Positions 45,791 through 55,210 are shown, counted from the first letter of the stretch. The stretch: DNA of 64,000 nt from Candidatus Gastranaerophilales bacterium (GCA_944325585.1 CALVAS010000001.1:7283-71282), one strand, 5' to 3'. Notes: a model not told the origin generated them from the sequence alone. Numbers and translations are program-made.

Positions 45791-46048
45791 CTATTTGTAA
45801 AGCTCCTCAATATCATATTTATATTTTTCAAGGTCATCAAACGAAAAAATAGATTTCAAATCGGCTCCGAGAGCCCTTGAAATTTTAAACAGTGCACTTA
45901 TGGTTACGTCTCTTTTTCCGGCTTCTATCATGGCAATGTGAGAGCGCGATATGCCGGATTCAAGATAAATTGTTTCCTGAGTCATATTTTTTTGCTGCCT
46001 GATTTTTCTGATATTTTGCCCGAGAGCTTTTTTAAAGTTGTTGCACAT
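45791..46048 (-). CDS. XRE-family HTH regulator (85 aa)
   Basis: KNMTQETIYLESGISRSHIAMIEAGKRDVTISALFKISRAL. Confidence 0.75.
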   Translation of the reverse strand: MCNNFKKALGQNIRKIRQQKNMTQETIYLESGISRSHIAMIEAGKRDVTISALFKISRALGADLKSIFSFDDLEKYKYDIEELYK

Positions 46049-46112
46049 ATTGTTATTTTATGATATGTTACTGTCAGTGACTGTCGCTGATAGTGACATT
46101 AAGGAGAATATT

Positions 46113-46772
46113 ATGACTAAAAAAGCATTCACATTGTCAGAAGTGCTGATTACGCTGGGTATAATTGGAGTTGTTATGGCTATGACGCTGCCTGTTCTGA
46201 TTGGCAAGTGGCAGAAAACTGTTTTTGCAAATAAAGTTAAATATGCGTATTCTGTAATTTCAAATGCATTTTTAATGGCGGAACAGGAGTACGGCGACCC
46301 GACCCAGTGGGATTGGGGCAGCGAACAAACCTACGAAAATAATAAAAGAGTTGTTGAAACCTATTTGCTGCCGTATTTAAATACTGTTGAAACAGGCAGG
46401 CATTATGGAAACTATCAAATTGCAGCATTAAAGAACGGGCTTTATCTTATGTTTACACTTGACGGCTGCACAAATCCGGATGCATGCAATCCTGTCACTA
46501 TTAGTGCTCTGTATATTATTGTTTCTACAAAACCCAAAATAATTCCAATGCAAGACGGAAAAAGAGATTATTCAAGGGAAGATTTTATATTGCGCTTCAG
46601 CCGTTCAAATAAAAAATTGGACTTTTTTCACTGGGGTAACTTTACAAGAGATGGGATAAAAAATCATTCGCTTTACGGCTGCAACAAGAATATTTTAAAA
46701 AATAAAAGATTAAACTGCGGTGCATTAATTTTCTATGACGGCTGGGAAATCAAAGATGATTATCCATGGTAA
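46113..46772 (+). CDS. Prepilin-type N-terminal cleavage/methylation domain protein (type IV pilin / T2SS pseudopilin-like)
   Basis: MTKKAFTLSEVLITLGIIGVVMAMTLPVLI. AAGGAG SD before ATG 46113. Confidence 0.7.
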   Translation: MTKKAFTLSEVLITLGIIGVVMAMTLPVLIGKWQKTVFANKVKYAYSVISNAFLMAEQEYGDPTQWDWGSEQTYENNKRVVETYLLPYLNTVETGRHYGNYQIAALKNGLYLMFTLDGCTNPDACNPVTISALYIIVSTKPKIIPMQDGKRDYSREDFILRFSRSNKKLDFFHWGNFTRDGIKNHSLYGCNKNILKNKRLNCGALIFYDGWEIKDDYPW

Positions 46773-46776
46773 GAAT

Positions 46777-46873
46777 AAATGTTAAATTTCGGTCAGCCAC
46801 AGTCATCCTGAATTTATTTCAGGATCCCTTTGAGATACTGAAACAAGTTCAGCATGACCGAAATTTAACATTT
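46777..46873. repeat. 97-bp nested palindromic element (MITE/REP-like)
   Basis: Perfect 19-bp terminal inverted repeats aaatgttaaatttcggtca (46777..46795) and tgaccgaaatttaacattt (46855..46873). They enclose two inverted copies of a roughly 24-nt hairpin unit (gtcatcctgaatttatttcaggat / atactgaaacaagttcagcatgac). Confidence 0.6.
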
Positions 46874-46954
46874 GAGAAATTTCGTCTGAATATTAAATCT
46901 TGCGCAACTATATGACTAAAGTTTGAAAAAAGATAATTCGATTATCCTAACCAC

Positions 46955-46982
46955 TTGAAATTTATAAAAAGTAAGTTATAAT
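46955..46982 (+). promoter_or_regulatory. Promoter of antisense sRNA copy 2 (TTGAAA-16-TATAAT)
   Basis: -35 at 46955..46960, -10 at 46977..46982. Confidence 0.55.
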
Positions 46983-46988
46983 AAATAT

Positions 46989-47085
46989 AGGGTGGGTGCT
47001 CTGCTAAGCACCCGTTACAGACCCTAAATGAATAACGAAATTATTTGTAAAAAGAGCCCTACTGCATTTAGGACTCTTTTTATTA
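46989..47085 (+). ncRNA. Antisense sRNA (antitoxin-like), copy 2
   Basis: 5' stem TAGGGT…ACCCTA enclosing GGGTGC…GCACCC. Hairpin AGAGCCCTA…TAGGACTCT (47053..47077) plus a U run. Fully antisense to the 3' two-thirds of the mini-ORF. Confidence 0.5.
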
Positions 47086-47098
47086 TGTCCGTTTTCAT
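47024..47098 (-). CDS. 24-aa hydrophobic mini-protein (type I toxin-like), copy 2: MKTDIIKRVLNAVGLFLQIISLFI
   Basis: SD GGAAAGGAGGTGA lies 7 nt before the ATG. 5'-UTR CCCTCC (complement of 47150..47155) is anti-SD. 13/24 residues are identical to copy 1. Confidence 0.55.
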   Translation of the reverse strand: MKTDIIKRVLNAVGLFLQIISLFI

Positions 47099-47186
47099 CT
47101 TCTCACCTCCTTTCCACCCATGTTACAGTATAGTGTTTGATGTGTAGTTGGAGGGATTCGGTCTTACCCTATATTAAATTATCAGA

Positions 47187-50100
47187 TTATTTTTCGGGAT
47201 TAAGCTCTCTCAGAACTCTGTCAAGGCAGGCATTCGGCGAGTATTGCCATTCACGGAAGGTTATTCTGTTTACCTTAAAACCGCAGCGTTCCAGTATTGC
47301 CTGTTTTTTCATTGAGGGCATTGTTGAGGAAATTTTGTCTTCCATACCGTCAACTTCAATAACTATCTTGTCATCAACAAGTAAATCCGCAGACAATCCG
47401 GCAATTTCTGCACCTGCCTGAACTTTATGCCCCCGTTCTCTGATTTTGGATGCGATAATCTGTTCAAGTTCGTTTTTGTAAGTGTTTTCGGCAATATCTC
47501 CTGAAAGCATTGCCTGACGCATATTTTGATAATGTTTCAGAAAGTTTATATAATTTCTGAAATGCCCTTCCGGAAGTTCTGTCGGGTCTTTTGAGATAAA
47601 ATTGATAACTTTATTTCTGGCACGGGTAACGGCAACGTTAAAGAGGTTGGGCTTTTGAAGGAAGATAAGGCTTTGCGGGAAACTGTTGTTTGCAATTGCC
47701 CAGCTTATGAGCATAATATCTCTTTCGTCCCCCTGGAATGTATGTGCCGTACCAATTTCAATCTGATGTTTCTTAATCATGTGATCCGAAAGAACTTTGG
47801 ATAGAGAAACTTTCAACTGTTCAACCTGCGCACGGAACGGGGAAATAATTCCGATAGAAACAGGATTGTCAGGATTTTTGCGCTCGTCCTCAATAACAAT
47901 TTCATGAACACGTTTGACAACCGCTTCGATTTCAGGAAGATTTCGGGTTGCGTCAGCATCAACTTTTCCGTCTTTAACTTCTTCAAGTTCAAGTACAAGA
48001 TCATCCGACTTATCTTTTCGCATAACACGAATTCTGTCATTGTAGAACTCGTGGTTTGAGAAGTTGATAATCGGCGGAAGGCTTCTGAAATGTTCGTCAA
48101 GCATAACGGAATTTATTGAATAATAATCCGCAAGGTCGAACATAGAATTTGTTCTGAACCTCCAGATGAGCTGGTATTTGTCGGGAATTCCGTACTGGCT
48201 GAGGAAAGATTGTTCTTTCGCTTTTTCAAGGAATGAAAGATGCGGAAGCTGTTTGTCATCACCGACGATTACGGCTCTTTTGGCACGGAAAAGTATCGGG
48301 AAACAGCTTGCAATATCGCATTGAGAAGCTTCGTCAATAATTGCAACGTCAAACATGCCGGGCTTTAGCGGAAGGGAATCCGAAACGGCATAAGTCGTTA
48401 CACACCAGCAGGGGAAAGCTTCAAGAAGCGGTTTAAAATCTTCTTCTTCGAGAATATTTGTCTGCTGGCGCTTGCGGTTCGAGATAAGAGATTTTGCGTG
48501 GATTTTCAATCTTCTGCACTTGTTTTCATCCCTCAGAAGTGCTTTAAGAGCCTCACGGCGTTTGTTTTTGAGAATATTCACAGCAAGTTTTGGCTGTTTC
48601 TTTTTCATCTGGCGGATTTGCTCGGACATAATGTGAAGGTTGCCGAGTGCCTGAATCTGTTCTTCGACGCTGTTCATATCACAAATCTTTGCGGCAAGCT
48701 GAAGTTCTTCTGCCAGTTTGGAAAGATTTTGAGGAGTCGCATCAAAGTCTTTCATTTCAAGGATTTTTTTCAGCTGCGAAAGCGTTGTAAAATTCGTAAA
48801 TTTGCTGAAAATTCCTGATTTTTGAATGTTTTCACGAAGAGTTTTGAGAGTATTTCGGATTGCCTCAACCTCATTTTTCTTCAAGTTCCGTCTGATAAAG
48901 ACCGATTCGGGGTGAAGTGCGCTTTCTTCCTCGGCTTCGATTGATTTTTCTCTCCAGATTTTTTCGAGTTTTATAATCTGTTCGCACTTTTCTTCTGTTT
49001 TGCGCAAGATATCAAGATGGTTTTTCATATCATCAAGGTCTGCAAAAAGCGCATCTTCAAAGCCGCTGTCAAGCGACGAATGCTCTGCAATAAGCGCATT
49101 AAGTTCATTGCTCAAAGAACGCTGATAATTCAGACGTCCCGCACGAAGCGCCATATGGCTTGCGCCAAGAGCATTAAGCCTTTCAGCCACAACGTCAACG
49201 GCTTTGTCCATTCGAGATGCGACAAGAACAGTTTTGCCGTTTGCAACAAGATGGGCAACCAGATTCACGATAGTTTGCGATTTACCTGTTCCCGGAGGCC
49301 CCTGAACAGCTACAAACTTCGTATTATCTATGTTTTTGATAACCTGCTGCTGGGTATCTGACAGAGAAAGCGGGGTTATCGGATAAAATTCCTTTATAGC
49401 ATTGATATCTTTTATCGGAACTGATTTTTCTTTGCTCTGCGCAAATTCTTCGTTAATTATGCTAAGAGCCGTTTCTCTGTAAATTCCGCTCGGCTGCTCG
49501 GCAATTCTGGTGAGTTCATGAAGAACACCCGCCGTCATTGAAGGACGTTTTGTCAAAATGATGGCGCTCTGATAAGTTACTGAAATTTTTTCCAGCTTAA
49601 CCCTTTGTTTCTGCGCATTTTCTTCGTGTTCAATTACATCTTCAATGTTTTCACCGTCGATTTTTTCTTTGTAAAAATCTTTTTCGTTAGTTTTGGAAAT
49701 ATTGTCTTCTGTTTCGTAATCGGATTTGTTATATGAAATCTCGACTTCCGGAACAAGGGATTTAAGAGTAGTCAAAAATATATTGAGTTTTTCTTCCGTT
49801 ATAGGAAGCTCCGGCACAACGTCAAGAAGCCCTTCAAGCATAATATCAGTTTCATCTTCGTCATCAGACTTTCTCATTAAAGCCGCCAGTGCTCCTGTGT
49901 TCAGCGACAAAACCTCATCCAGCGGAAGACAGTTGATATTTACACCGTTTCGCTCCAGCTTGCAGGGCATATATAATAACGGAGTCAAAAATTCATTCTG
50001 CCGTTTTGATTTATTGCTTTTGCCGACAAGAAACAAATAGCCGTAAATTAAGTATTTATCTTTTGAACCGAGTTCACTCTGGAGCATAAGTTCAGTCAAT

Positions 50101-50321
50101 TTGCTGTCTTTGCCGTCAAGGGAAATGTATTCTTTATTTTGCGTAAAAAGTTCTTCTTCTTCCGGAAGAAAAATCCATTTGTTATCCTTGTCGCCCTTAA
50201 GGTTTCTGAAAGTTGAGCTTTTAACCTCTTCTCTCACACAGTCGTGAAGATACTGGCTTAATTTTTTTATAAAACTGTTGTTAAATGCCGAATTTAGTGC
50301 TTTTGTTGCTTCCTGTAACAT
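47187..50321 (-). CDS. SF1 (Upf1/DNA2-like) helicase with DUF4011-like N-terminus and C-terminal DUF559/Vsr-like endonuclease domain (Hhe-like)
   Basis: Walker A GPPGTGKS, IIDEASQ, VGDDKQLP, TAHTFQGDERD and VAVTRARNK. The C-terminus …LLVDDKIVIEVDGMEDK…RCGFKVNRITFREW resembles the DUF559 restriction-endonuclease-like fold. Confidence 0.7.
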   Translation of the reverse strand: MLQEATKALNSAFNNSFIKKLSQYLHDCVREEVKSSTFRNLKGDKDNKWIFLPEEEELFTQNKEYISLDGKDSKLTELMLQSELGSKDKYLIYGYLFLVGKSNKSKRQNEFLTPLLYMPCKLERNGVNINCLPLDEVLSLNTGALAALMRKSDDEDETDIMLEGLLDVVPELPITEEKLNIFLTTLKSLVPEVEISYNKSDYETEDNISKTNEKDFYKEKIDGENIEDVIEHEENAQKQRVKLEKISVTYQSAIILTKRPSMTAGVLHELTRIAEQPSGIYRETALSIINEEFAQSKEKSVPIKDINAIKEFYPITPLSLSDTQQQVIKNIDNTKFVAVQGPPGTGKSQTIVNLVAHLVANGKTVLVASRMDKAVDVVAERLNALGASHMALRAGRLNYQRSLSNELNALIAEHSSLDSGFEDALFADLDDMKNHLDILRKTEEKCEQIIKLEKIWREKSIEAEEESALHPESVFIRRNLKKNEVEAIRNTLKTLRENIQKSGIFSKFTNFTTLSQLKKILEMKDFDATPQNLSKLAEELQLAAKICDMNSVEEQIQALGNLHIMSEQIRQMKKKQPKLAVNILKNKRREALKALLRDENKCRRLKIHAKSLISNRKRQQTNILEEEDFKPLLEAFPCWCVTTYAVSDSLPLKPGMFDVAIIDEASQCDIASCFPILFRAKRAVIVGDDKQLPHLSFLEKAKEQSFLSQYGIPDKYQLIWRFRTNSMFDLADYYSINSVMLDEHFRSLPPIINFSNHEFYNDRIRVMRKDKSDDLVLELEEVKDGKVDADATRNLPEIEAVVKRVHEIVIEDERKNPDNPVSIGIISPFRAQVEQLKVSLSKVLSDHMIKKHQIEIGTAHTFQGDERDIMLISWAIANNSFPQSLIFLQKPNLFNVAVTRARNKVINFISKDPTELPEGHFRNYINFLKHYQNMRQAMLSGDIAENTYKNELEQIIASKIRERGHKVQAGAEIAGLSADLLVDDKIVIEVDGMEDKISSTMPSMKKQAILERCGFKVNRITFREWQYSPNACLDRVLRELNPEK

Positions 50322-50432
50322 TATGACTCCTCTTTAATCCCCTTTTTATAAAATATTGCAGTTTTATTTTTCAACATGCCGCAAGGGGTTAAGTTATTCC
50401 ATTTTTTACCATTTTACGCTAAAATCAGTATT

Positions 50433-51611
50433 ATGAACATCATCAGTTTAAACGATACTTCAAAATTATACCTTGTCGGCGGAGTTGTAAGAGATGAACT
50501 TCTCGGGATTAAGTCGCTTGATGTCGATATTGTTTACGAAGGCAGCGTCATCGAGGATATCGAAATGCTCCGGCAATCCCAAAAGGATGTCCTTTTAAAC
50601 CTGTTTCAAAAACTCTATGACATTAACATTCAGCCTGAAAAAAACGACATTGAAGTTGTCCGCACAAACCCCGATTTCGGAACGGTTCGTGTTAAACTTT
50701 CAGGGCAGGAAGTCGATATAGCCTCAACCAGAACAGAACGCTATGACCGCAAAGGCCATCTTCCGCAGGTCGAAAAAATTGGCTGTTCCTTACAGGAAGA
50801 CGTTATGCGCAGAGATTTTACGGTTAATTCGCTATACAAATCATTATCCACAGGTGAAATTTTTGACTTCACAGGCGGGCTTGAGGATTTGAAAAACAAA
50901 AAACTCCGTGTCTTGCATGATGGCAGCTTCATCGATGATCCGACAAGAATTATCCGTGCTCTCAAATTTTCCCACCGTTTCGGTTTTGAATTGGATGGCA
51001 AAACTCTTGAATTGCGTGACGAATATTTGAAAAATATCAACTACGATATGTGTTATAAACGCATAAAAAAAGAACTGATTGAAACTCTGGGCCTGAACAG
51101 TGACGAAGTTTTCAAGCGGTTTATAAAAGAAAAAATTTACAAACTCATAACTGAAAATGAAGTTGAATTACCCGCAAATTCTCCGGAACAATTAATCAAA
51201 AAATATGCGCCCGATTCAGAAAATATATGGTTGATTTATGCAGGAATTTTAAGGGATTTGTCACGCCTTGAATTGACCAGAAAAGAGCAGAAAATTCTTG
51301 ACGATTTCACCGAATTAGAAAATCAAAATCCGCAAAATGATTTTGAAATTTACAAAACCTTTGAAAATAAAGAGGTTGAAAGCATAATACTTTATGCTAT
51401 TTTAAAAGACGAAAATACTGCACGGCATTATCTGGATAATTTAAGACAGATTAAAGTCCGAATTACAGGCAAAAATCTGGAGATGATGGAAATCGAGCCC
51501 TCACCGAAATACAAAGAAATTTTTGATTCTATTTTGAAAAAGAAACTTGAGAATCCGGAGCTGACGCTTGATGATGAAATTGCGGAAGTAAAAAGAGAAT
51601 TTTTAAATTAA
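50433..51611 (+). CDS. cca: tRNA nucleotidyltransferase / poly(A) polymerase family (CCA-adding enzyme)
   Basis: LVGGVVRDELLG…DVDIV and RRDFTVNS. Start trimmed to ATG 50433. Confidence 0.8.
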   Translation: MNIISLNDTSKLYLVGGVVRDELLGIKSLDVDIVYEGSVIEDIEMLRQSQKDVLLNLFQKLYDINIQPEKNDIEVVRTNPDFGTVRVKLSGQEVDIASTRTERYDRKGHLPQVEKIGCSLQEDVMRRDFTVNSLYKSLSTGEIFDFTGGLEDLKNKKLRVLHDGSFIDDPTRIIRALKFSHRFGFELDGKTLELRDEYLKNINYDMCYKRIKKELIETLGLNSDEVFKRFIKEKIYKLITENEVELPANSPEQLIKKYAPDSENIWLIYAGILRDLSRLELTRKEQKILDDFTELENQNPQNDFEIYKTFENKEVESIILYAILKDENTARHYLDNLRQIKVRITGKNLEMMEIEPSPKYKEIFDSILKKKLENPELTLDDEIAEVKREFLN

Positions 51612-51643
51612 ATAAAATATCTGCTTAATTTTCTAATCTCTAC

Positions 51644-51671
51644 TTGAAAAAATAAAAAGTGCGGTTATAAT
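51644..51671 (+). promoter_or_regulatory. ssrA promoter TTGAAA-16-TATAAT
   Basis: -35 at 51644..51649, -10 at 51666..51671, about 60 nt upstream of the mature tmRNA 5' end. Confidence 0.5.
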
Positions 51672-51736
51672 TATAGAACAGACTGTGAGTGAAAATATTT
51701 ACACCTACAGAATTGCACATTTATAATTGAATTTAT

Positions 51737-52135
51737 GGGGACGTTTTGGATTTGACAGGATGTTTCGGTTGGAACAGGCTGCGGGTCCGTGCGCTGTTCA
51801 CGGTTATCAACGAGCAAAACAAATTAAATGCTAACAACGTAGTTGAAGCAGACTTCAGCAGAGCATATGCAAAAGCTGCCTAGTTTGCGATTATAGCTAC
51901 TCATAGAGCCCAGCTTGCCGGTTTTATGGGTCCATTATGCAAGCGCAGTACGTCAATGACGGTAGACGTATCCAGATAACCGTCAGGGGTTTAGAGTTTC
52001 CCTTAAATAAAACCTTGGGCTGATTTATAAGGTTCTGATTTTCCCCCGAATCAGCCGAGAAAATGAAAATCTACACTCGTAGACGTCGGTTACAATCCAT
52101 TTTGGACAGGGGTTCGACTCCCCTCGTCTCCACCA
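51737..52135 (+). ncRNA. ssrA: tmRNA (SsrA); tag reading frame 51830..51883 encodes ANNVVEADFSRAYAKAA*
   Basis: 5' GGGGACG pairs with 3' CGTCTCC-A-CCA, including the G3:U pair. T-arm GGGGTTCGACTCCCC. Resume codon GCT followed by an ANN… tag. Confidence 0.92.
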
Positions 52136-52144
52136 TTAAAATTC

Positions 52145-52169
52145 AGAGGCTTACGATAGCCTCTTTTTT
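52145..52169 (+). terminator. ssrA terminator
   Basis: AGAGGC-ttacgata-GCCTCT plus T6. Confidence 0.7.
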
Positions 52170-52419
52170 AATGCCAAATTCGCCGCACCGTGCAGACCTT
52201 CGCCGATTCAAGAGAATTTCTTTGTTGTGATTTTTAGAGAATTTTACCAAGATTGTATCAAAATTCTCTTTGGGCAAATAAAAAGAGTCCTTTTTGAAAT
52301 ATAGATACAGAGCTGTTTTTAGTAAGTTTGGACAAAAGCTCGACTTTTACCATCTTGAGATAAATAAAAATTATAAACTAATGTCTATCGACAAAAATTA
52401 TTGTTGTATAATATTAGCT

Positions 52420-52947
52420 ATGAAAAGAATAATCTTTACATTTGCACTATGTGTTATAGCTTTATTTGGAAATTATTTCGCCTATGCAAAAGAATTTCCA
52501 AATAAAATTAATGATACACACTTTATTAATGGCGGATATTTGGATTATGATTTAAACTCTTATAAGTATAACAAAAAATATGATACTTATTCTATAGATG
52601 TTATGGAAGAATTAGATCCCGGCGGAGATATCGAAAATATTAAAATTAAATGTCCGTATGGTGAAGGCTATATAACACATGTTATATCGTCAACAAAATA
52701 TTCGCCAAAGCATAAGTTTTTCAAGGCTAAATATAAAGGTTTTATGTGTTCTGTTGGAGAGTATGAATATGAGAATTCAAGGCCAACTGAATTTCATTAT
52801 AATTATAAAGGAGTATATTATGATAATAACTCCTCTATAATTCCTAATTTTAATATGGATTATTTTGAAAATCTAAAAACGGAAATCAACAATCCAAATG
52901 AGTATAATTATTTTGTTTTCGTCAGAAAGATTAAAAACCTATTTTAA
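52420..52947 (+). CDS. Hypothetical secreted Tyr/Asn-rich protein (175 aa)
   Basis: Signal peptide MKRIIFTFALCVIALFGNYFAYA. A TATAAT box sits 7 nt upstream of the ATG. The 3' end overlaps the convergent M23 gene by 17 nt. Confidence 0.5.
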   Translation: MKRIIFTFALCVIALFGNYFAYAKEFPNKINDTHFINGGYLDYDLNSYKYNKKYDTYSIDVMEELDPGGDIENIKIKCPYGEGYITHVISSTKYSPKHKFFKAKYKGFMCSVGEYEYENSRPTEFHYNYKGVYYDNNSSIIPNFNMDYFENLKTEINNPNEYNYFVFVRKIKNLF

Positions 52948-53690
52948 TATACTTGCCTGGATCCACGGCCTTTCCTTGAAAATTACCCTCTCTAATTGTT
53001 ATATGTAGATGAGGACCGCTGGATGTCCCAGTGTTACCTGACTTTGCAATAACTTGTCCCTGTTTAACAGTTTGTCCGTAGGATACATTCCAGGATGAAA
53101 TATGTCCATATTCACTAGTTACTTTTATTCCGTTTATAATTCCATGATCTATTGCTACCCAATTCCCATATCCTCTAGCGGGACCAACTGCAATCACTTT
53201 GCCGTCTGCTATCGTACTAACGGGAGTCCCAACAGAAACCCCAATATCCCAACCATTATGATATTCACTAGCACCAGGAACAGGAGCAACTCGTTTACCA
53301 AATCCACTTGTAATAGGTCCATCGCAAGGCTTTATCCATCTTTGAGGCTGCGTTGTTTTTTTTAGGCTCAGAATTTTGTTGTGGTGCGTTAGATGTTGTC
53401 TGAGGTGTCGAAGTTTGAGGCTTTTGATTTTCAGATGAGATTCTATTCGTATCATCATTTTTTTCTGTAACTCTTTCAAAATCACCGTTTGAACTTGTAT
53501 CTTCCACAATTTCAACAGTACATCTGCAATTCGGGTGAGGACGTTCAGGAACTTCTTCATAAAAATCAAATTCTTTGCCATCTAAAGATTTGCATACATC
53601 ACATGTATCCTCGCTATTTTCAGAGTGCCAGATATATTTGTTATAACTAATACCGCCCTTCAAGAGGATAGTTTCAATATATTTTGACAT
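52931..53690 (-). pseudogene. Frameshifted gene: phage-MuF/SPP1-gp7-type Zn-ribbon motif + S/T/Q-rich linker + M23 (LytM) metallopeptidase
   Basis: Frame 1 (53690..53295) reads …DTCDVCKSLDGKEF…PERPHPNCRCT…. Frame 2 (downstream of 53356) reads PITSGFGKRV…HNGWDIG…GHISS…GPHLHI (M23 HxxxD / HxH). The frames switch at an A8 run (T8 on plus, 53356..53363). Removing one A fuses them. Confidence 0.65.
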
Positions 53691-53831
53691 GGAAACCCGT
53701 ACCTTGTCATGTTTTAAGGCTGATTTGACCGATGAAAATAATAAAATTTACAAAGTTTTTGTAAAAATTTACTTAACAAAATCCCTTGGATTTATAATAT
53801 AATGAAAGAAAATCTTTTAAAGGAGTAAGAT

Positions 53832-55133
53832 ATGCAGGAAATAAAATGCCCCAAATGTGGCAAAATTTTTCAGGTTGATGAAACCGGATATGCTTCAATT
53901 GTCAAACAGGTTCGTGACAAAGAATTTGAAAAAGAGATTAATGCGCGCGAAAAACAGTTTGAAAACGAAAAAGAAAACGCTGTAAAAATCGCAAAAGCAG
54001 AAACGGAAATTTTGCTTAAGGAACAGTTAACGGCAAAAGAACTGCAGATTTCGGAATTGATGTCAAAAATCGAGTCGGAAAACACTGCGAAAAAAATTGC
54101 TGTGGCTGAAATTTCATCCGAAAAAGATATGGAAATTGCAAGACTGAAAGCTCAGATTGATTCATACAAGACCGATACGGAACTTGCAATAAGCAAGGCT
54201 TTGACGGAAAAGGATAAAGAACTTTCCGAAATAAATATTCAGTTTGTCAAACTTGAAGAACAAATCAAAACAAGTGAAAAAGAAAGCCAGTTGAAAGAGC
54301 AGTCGTTGAAAGAACAGTATGAAGCAAAATTGCGTTACAAAGATGAAGAAATTGCACGTTATAAAGATTTTAAAGCCAAACTATCAACAAAAATGATTGG
54401 AGAAAGTCTCGAGCAGTATTGTGAAATCGAGTTTAACAGAATCCGTCCGACAGGTTTTCAAAATGCGTATTTTGAAAAGGATAACGACGCCAGAACGGGC
54501 AGTAAAGGTGATTATATTTTCAGAGAAACCGATTCTGACGGCGTTGAATTTATTTCAATAATGTTTGAAATGAAGAATGAAGCGGATTCAACTTCCACAA
54601 AAAAGAAGAACGAGGATTTTTTGAAAGAGCTTGACAAAGACCGCCGCGAAAAAAATTGTGAATATGCTGTTTTGGTTTCTCTTCTGGAGCCTGAAAGCGA
54701 ATATTATAATTCAGGAATTGTTGATATGTCGCACCGTTACCCGAAAATGTATGTGATTCGTCCTCAGTTTTTTATTCCGATGATTACGCTTTTGCGGAAC
54801 GCTGCTCTTAATTCGCTTCAATACAGGCATGAACTTGCAGTAATTAAAAATCAGAATATTGATATTTCAAATTTTGAGGCGGAAATGAACGAATTTAAAG
54901 AAAAATTCTCAAGAAATTACGAACTTGCAAGCAAAAAGTTTAAAACAGCAATTGAAGAAATTGACAAAACAATTGATCATCTTCAAAAAACAAAAGAAGC
55001 TCTTCTTTCATCAGAAAACAATTTGCGTCTTGCAAACAATAAGGCGGAAGATTTGAGCATCAAACGTTTGACAAAAAACAATCCGACAATGGCAGCTAAA
55101 TTTGCGGAACTTGAGGACAGGCAAAAAGTCTGA
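53832..55133 (+). CDS. DUF2130-family protein (Zn-ribbon, coiled coil, nuclease-like C-terminal region)
   Basis: [35 protein letters not shown]…, a long coiled coil, then …GDYIFRE…FEMKNE…. Confidence 0.6.
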   Translation: MQEIKCPKCGKIFQVDETGYASIVKQVRDKEFEKEINAREKQFENEKENAVKIAKAETEILLKEQLTAKELQISELMSKIESENTAKKIAVAEISSEKDMEIARLKAQIDSYKTDTELAISKALTEKDKELSEINIQFVKLEEQIKTSEKESQLKEQSLKEQYEAKLRYKDEEIARYKDFKAKLSTKMIGESLEQYCEIEFNRIRPTGFQNAYFEKDNDARTGSKGDYIFRETDSDGVEFISIMFEMKNEADSTSTKKKNEDFLKELDKDRREKNCEYAVLVSLLEPESEYYNSGIVDMSHRYPKMYVIRPQFFIPMITLLRNAALNSLQYRHELAVIKNQNIDISNFEAEMNEFKEKFSRNYELASKKFKTAIEEIDKTIDHLQKTKEALLSSENNLRLANNKAEDLSIKRLTKNNPTMAAKFAELEDRQKV

Positions 55134-55152
55134 GAAATATTTGATAGAAATT

Positions 55153-55185
55153 AAAAAGGACTGTTTTTTTAACAGTCCTTTTTTA
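55153..55185. terminator. Bidirectional terminator
   Basis: AAAAAGGACTGTT-ttttt-AACAGTCCTTTTT. Confidence 0.75.
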
Positions 55186-55210
55186 TCTGTTTTAGTGCAG
55201 ATTACAAAAT

